The notes below the pieces were generated by a model that had not been told where the DNA came from, ran no database searches, and was given only the letters and a program-made list of their open reading frames with translations. Made by a program: the position numbers and the translations under genes. From contig NC_068988.1 of NCBI RefSeq assembly GCF_001194135.2, positions 93,121,306 through 93,185,305 on the forward strand: a stretch of DNA of 64,000 nt. The letters are read 5' to 3'. The stretch is from Octopus bimaculoides. Taxonomy: Eukaryota. This document shows, piece by piece, positions 15,072 to 26,929 of this stretch. Positions within the stretch are counted from its first letter, which is position 1. Each line of letters begins with the position of its first letter.

Positions 15072-17259
15072 ATATATTTATATTTATATATACACATATA
15101 TTTAAGTATATGATGGATTTCTTTCAGTTTCCATTTAGCATATCTAAACAAATACAAGAATATGAAGACCATTAGAATTGAATACCTGAACTAAAAACAT
15201 TGCAGGGTTGGCATCAGGGTAGGGTACCATCCAGGCAATAGTGTTAGACGAAGCTTTGCCTAACCTATATCACCATGGCAAAAACAGGTACAAAAAATAA
15301 AATTAAATTAAAACATATACTTACATCTTCATCAGTGATTTTTTCTAAAACTATTTGCTTCAAACGATCCAAGTCGATCCATTCGCTACTTTTTAAATTT
15401 CTAGATGAAAATATGAATTTAAAAAAATAAAATTCAATGTTAGATTTTATTAAAACTTTCAGTGAAAGACTTAACCCTTTCGTTACCAACCTGGCTGAAA
15501 CCAGCTCTGGCTCTGTAGTACAAATGTCTTGTTTTCATAAGATTTGAATTAAAATCTTCCACCAAACCTTAGTCACAATTTATGTTCCTAACACTAGCTT
15601 AATGATAACTAAGTTATTTTACTAAATTCTTTGTTATATTTAAAGTAATTGAAAGAAACCTGACAGTATCTCAACAGAAATACAGTAACGAAGGGGTTAA
15701 GCCAATGCTAAACAAGAGAAAAACTCATTTCACATTACAAATTGCTTATTTTGTGTATAAAAACAAATCATTAATTACTAGGAGGAGAGATAAGGTTTTT
15801 GGATCATTAGATGAGGTGCTTGGAACAGATGCACAGAGTGGCAGTGACAAAAGAAGCTCACTTTGCAACTAAAATGAAAATAACAGCTTTCTCAAAACAT
15901 GGAACTTTTCAACACCCACTCACATATATATATATAATGGGTTCTTTCAATTTCTGCCCACCAAATTCTTTCACAAAGCTTTATTTGGCCCAGAGGCTAC
16001 AGTAGAAGACACCTGCCCAAGATGCCACACACTGGGACTGATTCTAAAACTAAATAGTTGGGAAGCAAGCTTCTGAACCACACAGCTATGTCCATTATTT
16101 TTTGGTTTTTTTATGAAAGTGGAAGTCAAACTCCATGAAATTCAAAGTGAGACAGCAAAGAGATATACTTCAATACAGCAGAACATTTAGTAAAAAAAGC
16201 AAGCATTTTACTGCATCTACCCATTTCTTCACCAATAACAATCTTTGCAATGGATTTCATAAATTAACTTACATTTCTTTTGGTTTTGTAAATAATGTTG
16301 TTTGTGCATATGATTCATCTTCTTTTTTCTTCAAAGCCTCAATTTTCCACACAATGTCCTGAAACGGAATTTTAAAGACTCTAAAGAATTCTCTATTTAA
16401 ATACATTTCATGCATACAATGTGTTGGTGTGATACTAAATTGGTCAGTACAACCTGATGGTTTTTTTGCGGCCATGCTAGAGCACCACCTTGAAGAAACT
16501 TCAGTACTAATTTTTCTTTCGTTAAGCCTGGTAATTATTCTATCAGTCTCTACTGACAAACCACTAAGTTAAAGGGACATAAACACAAGTGGTAGTGGAG
16601 GACAAACAGACACAAAGACACCACCCCATGGACAAAGTGGTAAGAAAGGATCTAAAGACGTTGGAACTTACAGAGGGGATAACAAGGGACCAAGACTCAT
16701 GGCAATTTGCTGTGCTTGAAAAGACACACCAAGCTATATAAAAGTGTGGTTGCCCTTACATACGGGGTCATCTCATGCAACCCTCTCCAGCTGAGCATCC
16801 TTAATACAGGCTCAGAGGTGCTGGTGCTACATAAAAGCACTCCCTTAGAGTCTGTAAAGTGGTTGGCATTAGGAAGGGCATCCAGCCAGAGAACCCATGC
16901 CAAAACAGATATGGAGCCTGAACAGCCCTTCAGCGGGTCAGCGCCTGTCAAAACGTCTAACCCATGCCAGCATGGAAAATAGATGTCAAATGATGACGAT
17001 GATGATGATGATATATATATATATATATATACACAACAGGTCTCTTTCAGTTTCTATCTATTGAATCCATTCTCCACTCACAAGGTTTTAGTCAGTCATA
17101 GTTTATGATACAAATCACTTGCCCACGGCACCACACAGTGGGACTGAACCCAGAACCATGTGGTTAAGAAGCAGGCTTCTTAGCACACAGCCATACATGT
17201 GCCTATGGTGTGTGTGGGCTTTATAGGATAGAAGAGTGAGCTGCAAATTAAAACGAGAT

Positions 17260-17293
<34 letters not shown>

Positions 17294-20200
17294 GCAATGG
17301 GCTTCTTTCAATTTCTGCCTATCAGATCCACTCACAAGACTTTGGTTGGCCCAAGGCTATAACAGAAGATACACACCCAAGATGTCACGCAATGGGACTG
17401 AACCTGGAACCAAGTGATTGGGAAGCAAACTTTTTAACCACACAACTACGTTTGTGCCTGATATGGAGGATGAAGCCAAAATAACCGAATCTGAATAAAG
17501 TACTTACATACATTATATTATAATAGTTGGGCTTTGCTGTATAAAATAACCAGTGGAAAGGGCGTCCATCCATTCCGAACTGAGCACCTGTTGTAAAATA
17601 ATAAAAACATTGTTTGTTATTCATTATAATAAGTTTTATGTCTGTTTCTTCTATGTTGGACAAGACTTCTCAAGGCTGAATGTTCTTCCAGATGTAAACT
17701 GTTGAATGTTGGGCCTCACAGAGTCAATGATGAAAGACCAAGACCTCTGGAGATATGCTGTGATTGAGAAGACCCAGCATGGGTTGGACGTTAAGGCTAC
17801 ACCAGGCTCCAATCTGATCTGGCAAAGTTTCTACAGCTGGATGCCCTTCATAACGCCAACCACTCCAAGCGTGTAGTGGGTGCTTTTTATGTGCCACCAG
17901 CATGGAGCCAGTCAGGTGGGCCTGGCAACGATCATGTTCAGACGGTGCTTTTTACGTGCCACCAGCACAGGAACCAGTCAGGCAGACCTGGCATCGACCA
18001 CATTCAGATGGTGCTTTTTATGTCCACAGGCACGGGAGCCAGTCAGGAATACCAGCCCCCAAACTGACTTCTGATGAAAGGTGTTCCAGCCATGAGCTTC
18101 ACATCTTTTCTTTGTTAGATGATGATGATGATGATGGCTGTATCTAGAACTGCATGACTGCCATGTCTTTGTGTTTTCTTCTTAAGATGGTAGGGTGATA
18201 TTTGAGGGATATTTGGCTGGTTCTGACAGATCGAGTAACCATAAAGAAGTATCTTTGTTGGTTCATACCAAAAGTTTCCCTTCAAACTATAAAAAGTTGG
18301 CTGGTTTGACAGGAACCGGTGAGCCAGAGGACTGTGCCAAGTTCCACTGCTGTGTTTTGGAAGGGTTTCNNNNNNNNNNNNNNNNNNNNNNNNNNNNNNN
18401 NNNNNNNNNNNNNNNNNNNNNNNNNNNNNNNNNNNAGCTGGATGCCCTCCTAATGCCAATCACTTTATGGATTGTAATGGATGTTTTTTTTTTTTTACAT
18501 AGCACCAGCACCAGTGAAGTCACCAAGAAACTCACTAGACAAGAACCCTCAAATAAGGGTTTGTGATATTAAGGGCGATGAGAGATTAGAGTATGAAATA
18601 TAAAGATGGCAAATAGAAATATTGTAATATCGGAAAACTTACTTTTTTGTGGTGGGAAAATTTCATAAGGATGCTGAAGAATAAAACAAATAACTAATGA
18701 GAAAAATTTTAATTTAAACAAGTTTAAAACATCAAAAGGATACACAAAATGTTTATTCTTTTCTGCTCTAGGCACAAGGCCCGAAATTTTTGGGGAAGGG
18801 GCTAGTCGAGTAGATCAACCCCAGTACGCAACAGGTGCTTAATTTATTGACCCCGAAAGGATGAAAGGCAAAGTCGACCTCTGTGGAATTAGAACTCAGA
18901 ACATAAAGACAGACAAAATACTGCTAAGCATTTCGCCTGGCGTGCTAACGTTTCTGCCAGCTCCCCAAGCCTTACACAAAACGTTCCTTGAAGAAGAAAC
19001 AACTGCCTATCATCACTGCTGTTACTACTTCTGTTTGTCTTTCATCTTTTTCATCAGCATCATCACCACAGCCACTGCTTAAATAGTCATTAAATTTTAT
19101 AAACAAGGTACAATAATCCCTCGACTATCGCAGGTGTTATGTTCCAAAAACCCCTGCGATAGGTGAAAAATCCACAAAGTAGAAACAGTATTGTACTGTA
19201 TATATATTATTTTAATTTTCATAATCTGTATATATTTATTTTATTATAAATGGAAAAAAACAACACCACAGAGGAATCAACGTAAGCTTAAATAATAAGC
19301 CGCAATATGGTGAGGAATTACTGTATTTCGTTAAAGAAATTTGCTTCATGATCATGTGGATCAAGATTCCATTCCACAACACTGCACCTTCAGTACAAAG
19401 TTAAAACCCAAGTGTTCAGAGTGAAATTTGATACAAAGAAACTACATGGAAGTCTATCAATTCACCTGTATCTGAATAATCTAATTCAACACCTGTTTTA
19501 ACACTCACTTCTATTCAGCAGGTACTTTCAACAAGGTCCACTCTGTTGCAGACACTGGTCCCAGATCTCTGATTTGCAGATAACCCATAACTGATAGTTT
19601 TTTTTTTTCACTCCCTTCCACCTACTTCAAAACCCTCGAAAGGGGTTATCATATTGCTATTTCTTCCTTCTCTAATAAAGCTATGAAACAAAAAGATGCA
19701 GATCAGTGATGTAAGTGAAGAGATTATAAGTAACAAGCTCCACTGCTTGCAGTACTAAACCGAAAATATTTTTAAGGGCTTAGAGGCAGACCATATAGCA
19801 TCCCCTGCAGTCTTCAGTAAGGACCTGACAACCCAATGAATCACAGGACATATGTATGTTAGTATAGAGACACTCAAAGCAAACTGACTCACCTTCATCA
19901 ATGGCCTGGCTCTTTTAGCATATAAACCAGATGGTAGCAGATATTCAATAGCTTTCTGGGAAAATGATACAAAGAAACAAAAGCATTTTAGTAAACTATT
20001 TCAAACCATAATTCATCACTCGTATTACTCATAACAATATTAAATAAGCCTTTCTAGTTTTAGCACAAGGCCAGCAATTTTGAGGGAGGGTGAAGTTGAT
20101 TACATCAACCCCCAGTGCTCCACTGGGGTACTTCTTTAAATGACTCCAAAAGAATGAAAGACAAAATTAACCTTGGTGGAGTATGAACTCAGAGCATAAA

Positions 20201-23200
20201 TGGTCAGAAGAAATGCTGTTAAGCATTATGTCTGGTTTGGTAACAGTTCTGCCAACTTGCCACCATAACAAAATTAATGCCAACCACTCTGAGAGTGTAG
20301 TGGGTGCTTTTACGCGCCACTGGCACAAGGGCCAGTCAGGCAGTTCTGGCAGCGATGATGCTCAAAAGGTGTTTTTTATGTGCTACCTGCATGGGAGCCA
20401 GTCCGGCAGCACTGGCAACAACCAAACTCGAATGTTGTTTTTCATGTGCCACCGGCATATGTGCTGGTAAGGCTACACTGGCAACAATCACACTCGAATG
20501 GTGCTTATTACATGCCACCAGCACGGGAGCCAATCTGTGGCCCTGGCAATTGATTATCTAAATCTGAATTCCAGAAGACTACTTTTTCAAACTGTCAATA
20601 ATAAAAGAGAAAACCTCTTACATCTATGTCTTCTTGCGTGAAAGTCTCGGCATCTTTTCCCATTATATTGGCCAAATGTCTTTTACCAATTTCATACTGT
20701 GCAATTTCTTCTTTCATTTGTGCATCTGTCAAGAAAGAAAATTTGATGGATATTATTCATCTTAAAATGTGAGGTTAGAATGTCATAGCAAAGAATCACA
20801 AGACAAATCAAGCCAGGCTAACCAGCAGGAGACCTAGGGGTAGACCAAGAAAGAGATGGGTGGAAAATGGTCATGCTTAGGAATCCAGCAGGAAAATGTA
20901 CTGGTGGTCGGTTCCAAGAGAAACTCTATAGAGGTGTTTGAGGACTCTAATCCCATAATCCTCCCAGGGACAGTGAGTGGAACAAGTGGATGGATGGAGG
21001 GGTAATTACTTTGTAGTTGCAGTTCCATTATTTGAGGAAAATGGTGTATAGAATTGGTAAAAAAGTTTCCTGTACACGGTATGTAAGTTCCAATAGTAGT
21101 TCATGGTTAGTCATTTCAAAGTATGGGGCCGTGGATTCTGTGTTGCTCATTCGAAAGGGTTTTTTAGCAAAAGATTGCAAATAGGTAATTCATGTAACTG
21201 TATGGTAAGTTTGCTTCCAAACCACATGATTCCAGGTTCAGTCCTACTATATGGCACCTTGGGCAAGTTTCTTCTACTACAGGCACAGGAGTGGTTGTGT
21301 GGTAAGAAGCTTGCTTCCCAACCACATGGTTCCAGGTTCAGTCCCACTGCATGACACACCTTGGACAAGGCCAATCAAAGCCTTGTGAGTGTATTTGGTA
21401 GCCTTGTGAGTGTATTTGCCCAAGGTGCTACACTAAGATTGAACCTGACACCATATAGTAAGGAAGCAAGCTTCTTTACCACACAGCCATGCTTTCATGA
21501 ACCCCAAGATTAATGGAAGTGTAGTTAACTCTGACAGGATTTGAACTCAAAATAAAATACTTGAGTGTATTTTATCCAACACTCTACCATCTGCGTCAGC
21601 CATCACCACTCCACACACGCACTTTATTCCCTGCTTGACGCAATCAAAAACTTGTAATGATTCAATTATTGGGTTGGTGCATAATTATTGCGGCTTTTTA
21701 TCAACAAATTTTATTCAACAAAAACAAAAACAATATTTAACAAAAACATCTTTAAATGATTATTCTGACCATCTGCCAAGCAAATGGGAAGCAGTAATTG
21801 AGGTAGATGGTGACTATGCTCCGGAACAATCATTTAAAGATGTTTTTATTGCATGTTGTTATTGTTTTTGTAGAATAAAATCTGTTGGAAAAAGCCACAA
21901 TAATTATGCACCGACCCAATAGTATTTCAGGTATAAAGAGAAAGTGAGAGATACCATGTGCTTTTGCTCGTTCGATATAGGCAAGCATGGCTCGACTAAT
22001 TTTCTCTGCTTTTTTTATGGGTCTCCTCTGTCTATGCTCTGAAAGCTTTACCAAAGATGAGGTCGTTTCAGGAGATATAAACCGCAACTGAAAATATAAA
22101 GAACAAAAGAAAGCATAAAAAGAAATAAGAATTAGAAGTGACACTACCTTACATCTCATTAACCATCACCATCATTAGTATGTGTTATGGTAATAATTTA
22201 CTAATTATAATCATTATGTAATCATCATTTCATACACCCATTACACTCTGAGTGGTTGGCATTAGGAAGGGCAACCAGCCATAGAAACCATGTCAAATCA
22301 GACTGGAGTCTGGTGCAGCCTTTCAGCTTACCAGCCCTGGTCAAGGTGTCCAACCCATGCCAGCATGGACAATGATGATGATGATGATGATGATGATGAC
22401 AATGGAACAAATTTGTAGAAGAGATGTAATCAATTGTATTCGAGATGATTGATACATTTTATCGACACCAGGAGGTTGACCTTGTGGGGATTTGAACCTA
22501 GAATTTGGAACGATAAAATTAACTACACTAAGAAATTTACTCTGATGCACAACTGCTTTTGGTAATCATCATCATCATTTAACATCCGTTTTCCATGCTG
22601 GCATGGGTTGGTCGATTTCACTGGGGACTGGCAAGCCAGGAGGCTGCACCAGGCTCCAATCTGATCTGGCAGTGTTCCTACAGTTGGATGCCCTTCGTAA
22701 CGCCAACCACTCCGAGAGTATAGTGGGTGCTTTTACATGCCACCAGCACAGGAGCCAGTCAGGCAGCACTGGCATCGGCCAGATTCGGATGGTACTTTTT
22801 ACATGCCACCAGCACAGGAGCCAGTCAGGCAGCACACTGCCAGTGCCATCTGACTGGCCCCTATGCCAGTGGCACATAAAAAGCACCTACTACACTCTTG
22901 GAGTGGTTGGCATTACGAAATTATTATTCCTAAGCTGGCAGAGTTGTTACCATGTTGGGCGAAATGCTTGTCAGTATTTCTTCCATCTTCAGGATCTGAG
23001 TTCAAATTCTGCCAAGGTCAATTGTGCCTTTCATTTTTGGGGGATCAATAAAATAAGTACCAGTTGAGCACAGCAGAGGTGGGGGGGGGGTCGATGTAAT
23101 CGACTTACCCCTCCCAAGAAATTGCTGGCCTTGTGCCAAAATTTGAAATTATTATTATTATTATTATTATTCTCATAAAAGCAGTGAATGGCAGTAAGAT

Positions 23201-24502
23201 GACAGAATCGTCAGCTTGCTGGACTAAATGCTTAGCAACATCTCCTCCATCTTCACAGTCTGAGTTCAAATTCTGCCGAGGTCGACTTTACCTTTCAACC
23301 TTTCAGGGATCGATGTAATCAGCTAGTCCCCTCCCCCTTGCACCTGTACTAGAAAGGATTATTATAAAAGCAATGAGTTGGCAGAACTGTTAGCATACTG
23401 GGAAAAATGCTTAGCAGCATTTTGTCTGTCTTTACGATCTGAGTTCAAATTCGACCAAGGTCAACTTTGCCTTTCATCCTTTCGGGATCGATAAAATAAG
23501 TACCAGTTACACACTAGGGTCGATTTAATCAACTTAGCCCCTCCCCAAAACCTGTTGGTTTAATACCAAAATTTGAAACCATTATATCTTAACCACACGG
23601 CTATACCTGGGCCTCAAAACGGAATATATAGAATTGCGAGGGTTCGAGAGAATGCTTATTAATTACCAAACGATCCGTCAGCAATGTATGTTCAATACTT
23701 TCATCATTTGACCTAATCGTCCCTCTTATCAGCGATTCTGTATTAGCCTAGACAGGGATAATCCAAGCAAAACTGATTGGCTTCGGTGATGTTTCAATGA
23801 TCCATTAGAGAAGACATGGGCAATCTTTTTAGAGAAGCGAGTCGCACAACTAAGAAAAATTCAAGGTAATATTTCGTTAACTGTGCCAGTCAGAAAATCA
23901 CGCGGACCGCAGGTAGCCCATTAGCGTTTAAAGGAAACTGAACTCTATATTAAAGACAATAGAACATTATACGATTTAACAACAACTTCTATTTAGAGAC
24001 ATATAAATAAATTCATTTTGTAATCATACTAATTATTCTTCGATATTTGTTCGATCTTTTTTTACACGATCATTCAAAGGAATTAACTTTCATTAAGATA
24101 AATAAAAGAATCTTGTTTAACCTTCTGGATTGGGACAGAGGGGAGAGATAATGAATCTTCGTATATTTACAGACATGCAGCTTGGATTTATAGATGTGAA
24201 TGTGTGACGTTCATACATTTTTCAGTGCCATCAACGGCCTAATTAATGCTAATGATATTACTACAAAGGGGCATCGAAACAAAGTCACCTAATTATGATC
24301 TCTGAGGCCTTAGTGGGGAACTTAACTTCCCCCACACACACGTCGCTAAAACTGTAAATAGCATCACTGTCATAAATTGATTCGGAATCATAAAGTAAAA
24401 AGCATTAATGAAATATACCTTTACAGAATGTAGGGTCCATCGTTGATTGCTGGGTGTGAAGACACGGCCACATAAAATATTTACACCACAAATCAACCTC
24501 AT
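9291..24502 (-). CDS. MRPS9: Mitochondrial small-subunit ribosomal protein uS9m, 14 coding exons, 397 aa
   Basis: Exons 24502-24419, 22087-21955, 20725-20622, 19955-19893, 18673-18643, 17587-17508, 16358-16273, 15400-15325, 14825-14700, 13942-13900, 13069-12964, 11753-11584, 10567-10489, 9303-9291. All are GT-AG, phases match, and the total is 1194 nt. The translation contains [56 protein letters not shown] and the uS9 C-terminus [22 protein letters not shown]. Confidence 0.96.
10489..10567 (-). CDS. MRPS9: MRPS9 exon 13 ([25 protein letters not shown])
   Basis: TTGCAG| acceptor and TG|GTAAGT donor, 79 nt. Confidence 0.96.
10667..10886. mobile_element. piggyBac-type MITE, copy 1
   Basis: TTAA flanks at 10663-10666 and 10887-10890, with termini (A)CCTTTCGTTACC and GGTATCAAAAGGG. 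It is the reverse complement of 15475-15696. Confidence 0.85.
11191..11350 (+). mobile_element. Family D tRNA-derived SINE head
   Basis: GGCGCATGGCTTAGTGGTTAG (A-box), GGTTTTGATTCC (B-box-like), then TGAGCAAAACAC. A related copy lies at about 36255-36560. It does not fold as a complete tRNA. Confidence 0.6.
11584..11753 (-). CDS. MRPS9: MRPS9 exon 12 (AQLLYPLQF...[19 protein letters not shown]...KMRL)
   Basis: TTTAG| acceptor and G|GTAAGG donor, 170 nt. Contains the uS9 core GGG.S.QA.AIR motif. Confidence 0.96.
12964..13069 (-). CDS. MRPS9: MRPS9 exon 11 (GKRKSC...[20 protein letters not shown])
   Basis: CCCAG| acceptor and AG|GTAAAA donor, 106 nt. Contains the uS9 RK...GSG.I.ING motif. Confidence 0.95.
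13900..13942 (-). CDS. MRPS9: MRPS9 exon 10 ([14 protein letters not shown])
   Basis: TTTCAG| acceptor and G|GTAATG donor, 43 nt. Confidence 0.92.
14103..14495. mobile_element. Truncated, inverted copy of the 56306-56741 hAT MITE
   Basis: About 390 bp of high similarity to the reverse complement of roughly 56315-56700. The termini are lost. Confidence 0.85.
14700..14825 (-). CDS. MRPS9: MRPS9 exon 9 ([29 protein letters not shown]...)
   Basis: TTGCAG| acceptor and ACC|GTAAGT donor, 126 nt. Confidence 0.93.
15325..15400 (-). CDS. MRPS9: MRPS9 exon 8 ([25 protein letters not shown])
   Basis: TCTAG| acceptor and GAT|GTAAGT donor, 76 nt. Confidence 0.92.
15475..15696. mobile_element. piggyBac-type MITE, copy 2 (inverted relative to copy 1)
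   Basis: TTAA|CCCTTTCGTTACC ... GTAACGAAGGGG|TTAA. A partial terminus also occurs near 45226. Confidence 0.88.
16273..16358 (-). CDS. MRPS9: MRPS9 exon 7 ([16 protein letters not shown]...)
   Basis: TTTCAG| acceptor and AT|GTAAGT donor, 86 nt. Confidence 0.9.
17508..17587 (-). CDS. MRPS9: MRPS9 exon 6 ([26 protein letters not shown])
   Basis: AACAG| acceptor and TAT|GTAAGT donor, 80 nt. Confidence 0.95.
18643..18673 (-). CDS. MRPS9: MRPS9 exon 5, 31-nt micro-exon ([10 protein letters not shown])
   Basis: TTCAG| acceptor and A|GTAAGT donor. The phase bridges exons 4 and 6. Confidence 0.92.
19111..19323. mobile_element. Tigger/pogo-type MITE
   Basis: TA flanks and imperfect TIRs CAATAATCCCTCGACTATCGCAG / CCGCAATATGGTGAGGAATTACTG. 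Confidence 0.7.
19893..19955 (-). CDS. MRPS9: MRPS9 exon 4 ([21 protein letters not shown])
   Basis: CCCAG| acceptor and AAG|GTGAGT donor, 63 nt. Confidence 0.95.
20622..20725 (-). CDS. MRPS9: MRPS9 exon 3 ([34 protein letters not shown])
   Basis: GACAG| acceptor and GAT|GTAAGA donor, 104 nt, conserved uS9m motif. Confidence 0.95.
21669..21919 (+). mobile_element. Mariner (MADE-like) MITE with a transposase C-terminal remnant
   Basis: TA flanks and TIRs TTGGGTTGGTGCATAATTATTGCGGC / GCCACAATAATTATGCACCGACCCAA. The internal frame [15 protein letters not shown] matches the mariner C-terminus. Confidence 0.88.
21955..22087 (-). CDS. MRPS9: MRPS9 exon 2 (LRFISP...[15 protein letters not shown])
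   Basis: TTTCAG| acceptor and G|GTATCT donor, 133 nt. Confidence 0.9.
24419..24502 (-). CDS. MRPS9: MRPS9 exon 1 (MRLICGVN...LHSVK), presequence-like
   Basis: ATG at 24502 and donor AAG|GTATAT, phase 0. The peptide has no acidic residues. The true start may lie further upstream (see findings). Confidence 0.75.
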
Positions 24503-26929
24503 GGTTGTTAGCAAGCATTTAACAAACGGTGTTTGCTAAAGAACAGTCCCTTGTAATAAAACTTCTGATTAAATATAAGCGTACGGAAGGCGGTGAGCTG
24601 GCAGAAACGTTAGCACGCCGGGCGAAATGCTTAGCGGTATTTCGTCTAGTGTTACGTTCTGAGTTCAAACTCCGCCGAGGTCGACTTTGCTTACATCCTT
24701 TCGGGGTCGATTAAATAAGTACCAGTTACGTACTGGGGTCGATGTAATCGACTGAAACCCTTTGTCTGTCCTTGTTTGTCCCCTCTGTGTGTAGCCCCTG
24801 GTGGGCAATAAAGAAAAAAAATATAAGCGTATGTCCTGAAAATTTGTGCGAGGAGGGGTTGGTCTCGTGCATCGAACACAGTGCTCAACTAGTATTTTAT
24901 GGATCTTGCTAATTTTTTTTCCAACGAATTTCAAATTCTCACCTAATTATTATATATTTTTTTTAATGTTGTTTTTGAATGCTAATGACGAAAATCAGAC
25001 ACATTTTTTCTAGAACTTAATAATAAAGAAATTGCATCAGCGTAGAAAGTTTGAAAAAAGTAAAAGCTGGTGAAAATTTGAAATACTTTAAAATTGTTGC
25101 AAGAATTTTAACAAGATTTGTACTCATTTTATCGATCCTGAAGCATTTTGTCCACTAACGAGTTTAATCGATGTTATTTTTGTTGAGTGAGTTCTGCTCA
25201 AGATCTATAGTAACTGATCGAATGTCTGTTTATGACCCTCAAATACACGAACCCTCATATTCCTTGCCATGCCGATCAACACGTCTTTATTCTTTTCTTC
25301 GTTTTTTCTGGAATAGTATATCTCAGACTACATAACCCAATGAGCCCTTTTTTTAAGACGGTAGGGGGAAATTTAACTGCTATTTCTAGCAAGTCAATCA
25401 ACCTCCTAAATGTTTCCTTCTAGATCTGCATGGTTGTATTTAATTCTCTACAGTTCCACCAAAGTCAGCCTATTTTTTTTATTTTCAAAACTTCATTTTA
25501 TGTAGTTTATTGGAATTATCTCCCTTACATGGTTTCCCCCCCCCCAACTTTGTGAAAATTTAACCCCTCCCCCACCTTCGAAGGATTCTGTCTACAATTT
25601 TATGGACAAGTTCATTTAATCTCGGTTTTTGTCAACTCACTATATTAAATACGTGAGATCCTAGTGTAAAACAGAATTGACTTTCACAATATATTCGTCT
25701 CTTTTAACAGAAGGGTAAGAGTTACTGTGAAGGGCATTTGACTACTATTACTAGCAGGTCAATGACACCGATTTCGATACTGTTGTTGTTGCTGCTCAGA
25801 TTTAACTCAGTCCTATAACGAAAGGAATTCTAGCCATGACTATCTCGTCCTTTTGTATATTTAAAACAATATTATCAAAAATACCCCTTTTTAGGACCAT
25901 GGGATATGAATTGAGTGAGCTTGTGGTTGCTATTTCTAGCATGTTGAATGACCGCGTAGTTTCCCTTGTTAGGCCATACACTAATTTGCTGCTGCTGCTT
26001 AACCGTGCTTGAGAAAATTTAAGATCAAAGACGTTCTAGCCCTGAGCATCCCCTTACATCTCTGAAGGACAACATTATCCAGTTTATCCTTCTCCCCACC
26101 TTTTTTTTTCAGATGTTGGCTGGAATAGATCCTTGGCTGGTTAGACAGGGTAGCTCCAAGGACTGCTTTGTGTTCCAGTGTCTACTTTGGCGTGGTTTCT
26201 ATGTCTGGATGCTCTTCCTAATACCAATCCTTTCACAGTATGTTCTGGGTGTGTTTTGTTTTTGTTTGTTTCTTTGTTTCATGCAGCCAGCACTAATGAG
26301 GTTGCCATGAATTTTGCAAGACTAAAAACTTTAAGGGGAGTGGGGACAACTTTAGGCGAAGAAATGAGGAATGAAGTAGGGTAAAGTATGAGAGAAAGTG
26401 GGGCTGAGAAGAACAGGTTTCTTGCTGTAGAGGGGCTACATATCTACTCACATGAAACAAGTTTGCTAAAAACGAAAGGAGAAAACACGATTTTCTTTTT
26501 ATGTGGAGTACGGGGGTTCGAGATACAGGTATTCCAAACTTAGAGGAAAACCAGCTGTGGTACTTCAGGTACACCAAAATAAAGCTAATAAGAACTGAAC
26601 AAGTCATATCAGTCAATCTGACAACCAGGTGCGTGCGCGTGCGTGTGTAGGAGGGTACGCGTGTGTAGGAGGGTACGCGTGTGTAGGAGGGTTAGGGTTA
26701 GGTATCTTCTCTGAAAAGATAATCCACTCAAGATGCTGATTTCAAAGTGTTCGCATCACTGTGGAAACTCCTGTTATATGTGATCTACCCTGGGCGGGCA
26801 ATTCTTCTAAGGGAGATAATTATTTCCCGATAATACTTGGAGAAATCAGAAGTTCGAATTTTGAATTGAAGACCATTGATGCATAGAATATACAGACATA
26901 TATAACATCTTTTCTCCCACTGTTCTATC

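Noticed and set aside
22575-23067. ORFs with repeated [11 protein letters not shown] motifs (also 17876, 20304, 39612, 58393)
   Set aside because: They come from the 66-bp VNTR of family C retroposons and are not zinc fingers or genes.
23816-23866. Plus-strand ATG GGC AAT CTT TTT...AG|GTAAT (MGNLFREAS...), resembling a first exon antisense inside MRPS9 intron 1
   Set aside because: The downstream plus-strand acceptors I tested (near 25010 and 26112) give immediate stops, and I found no continuing exon.
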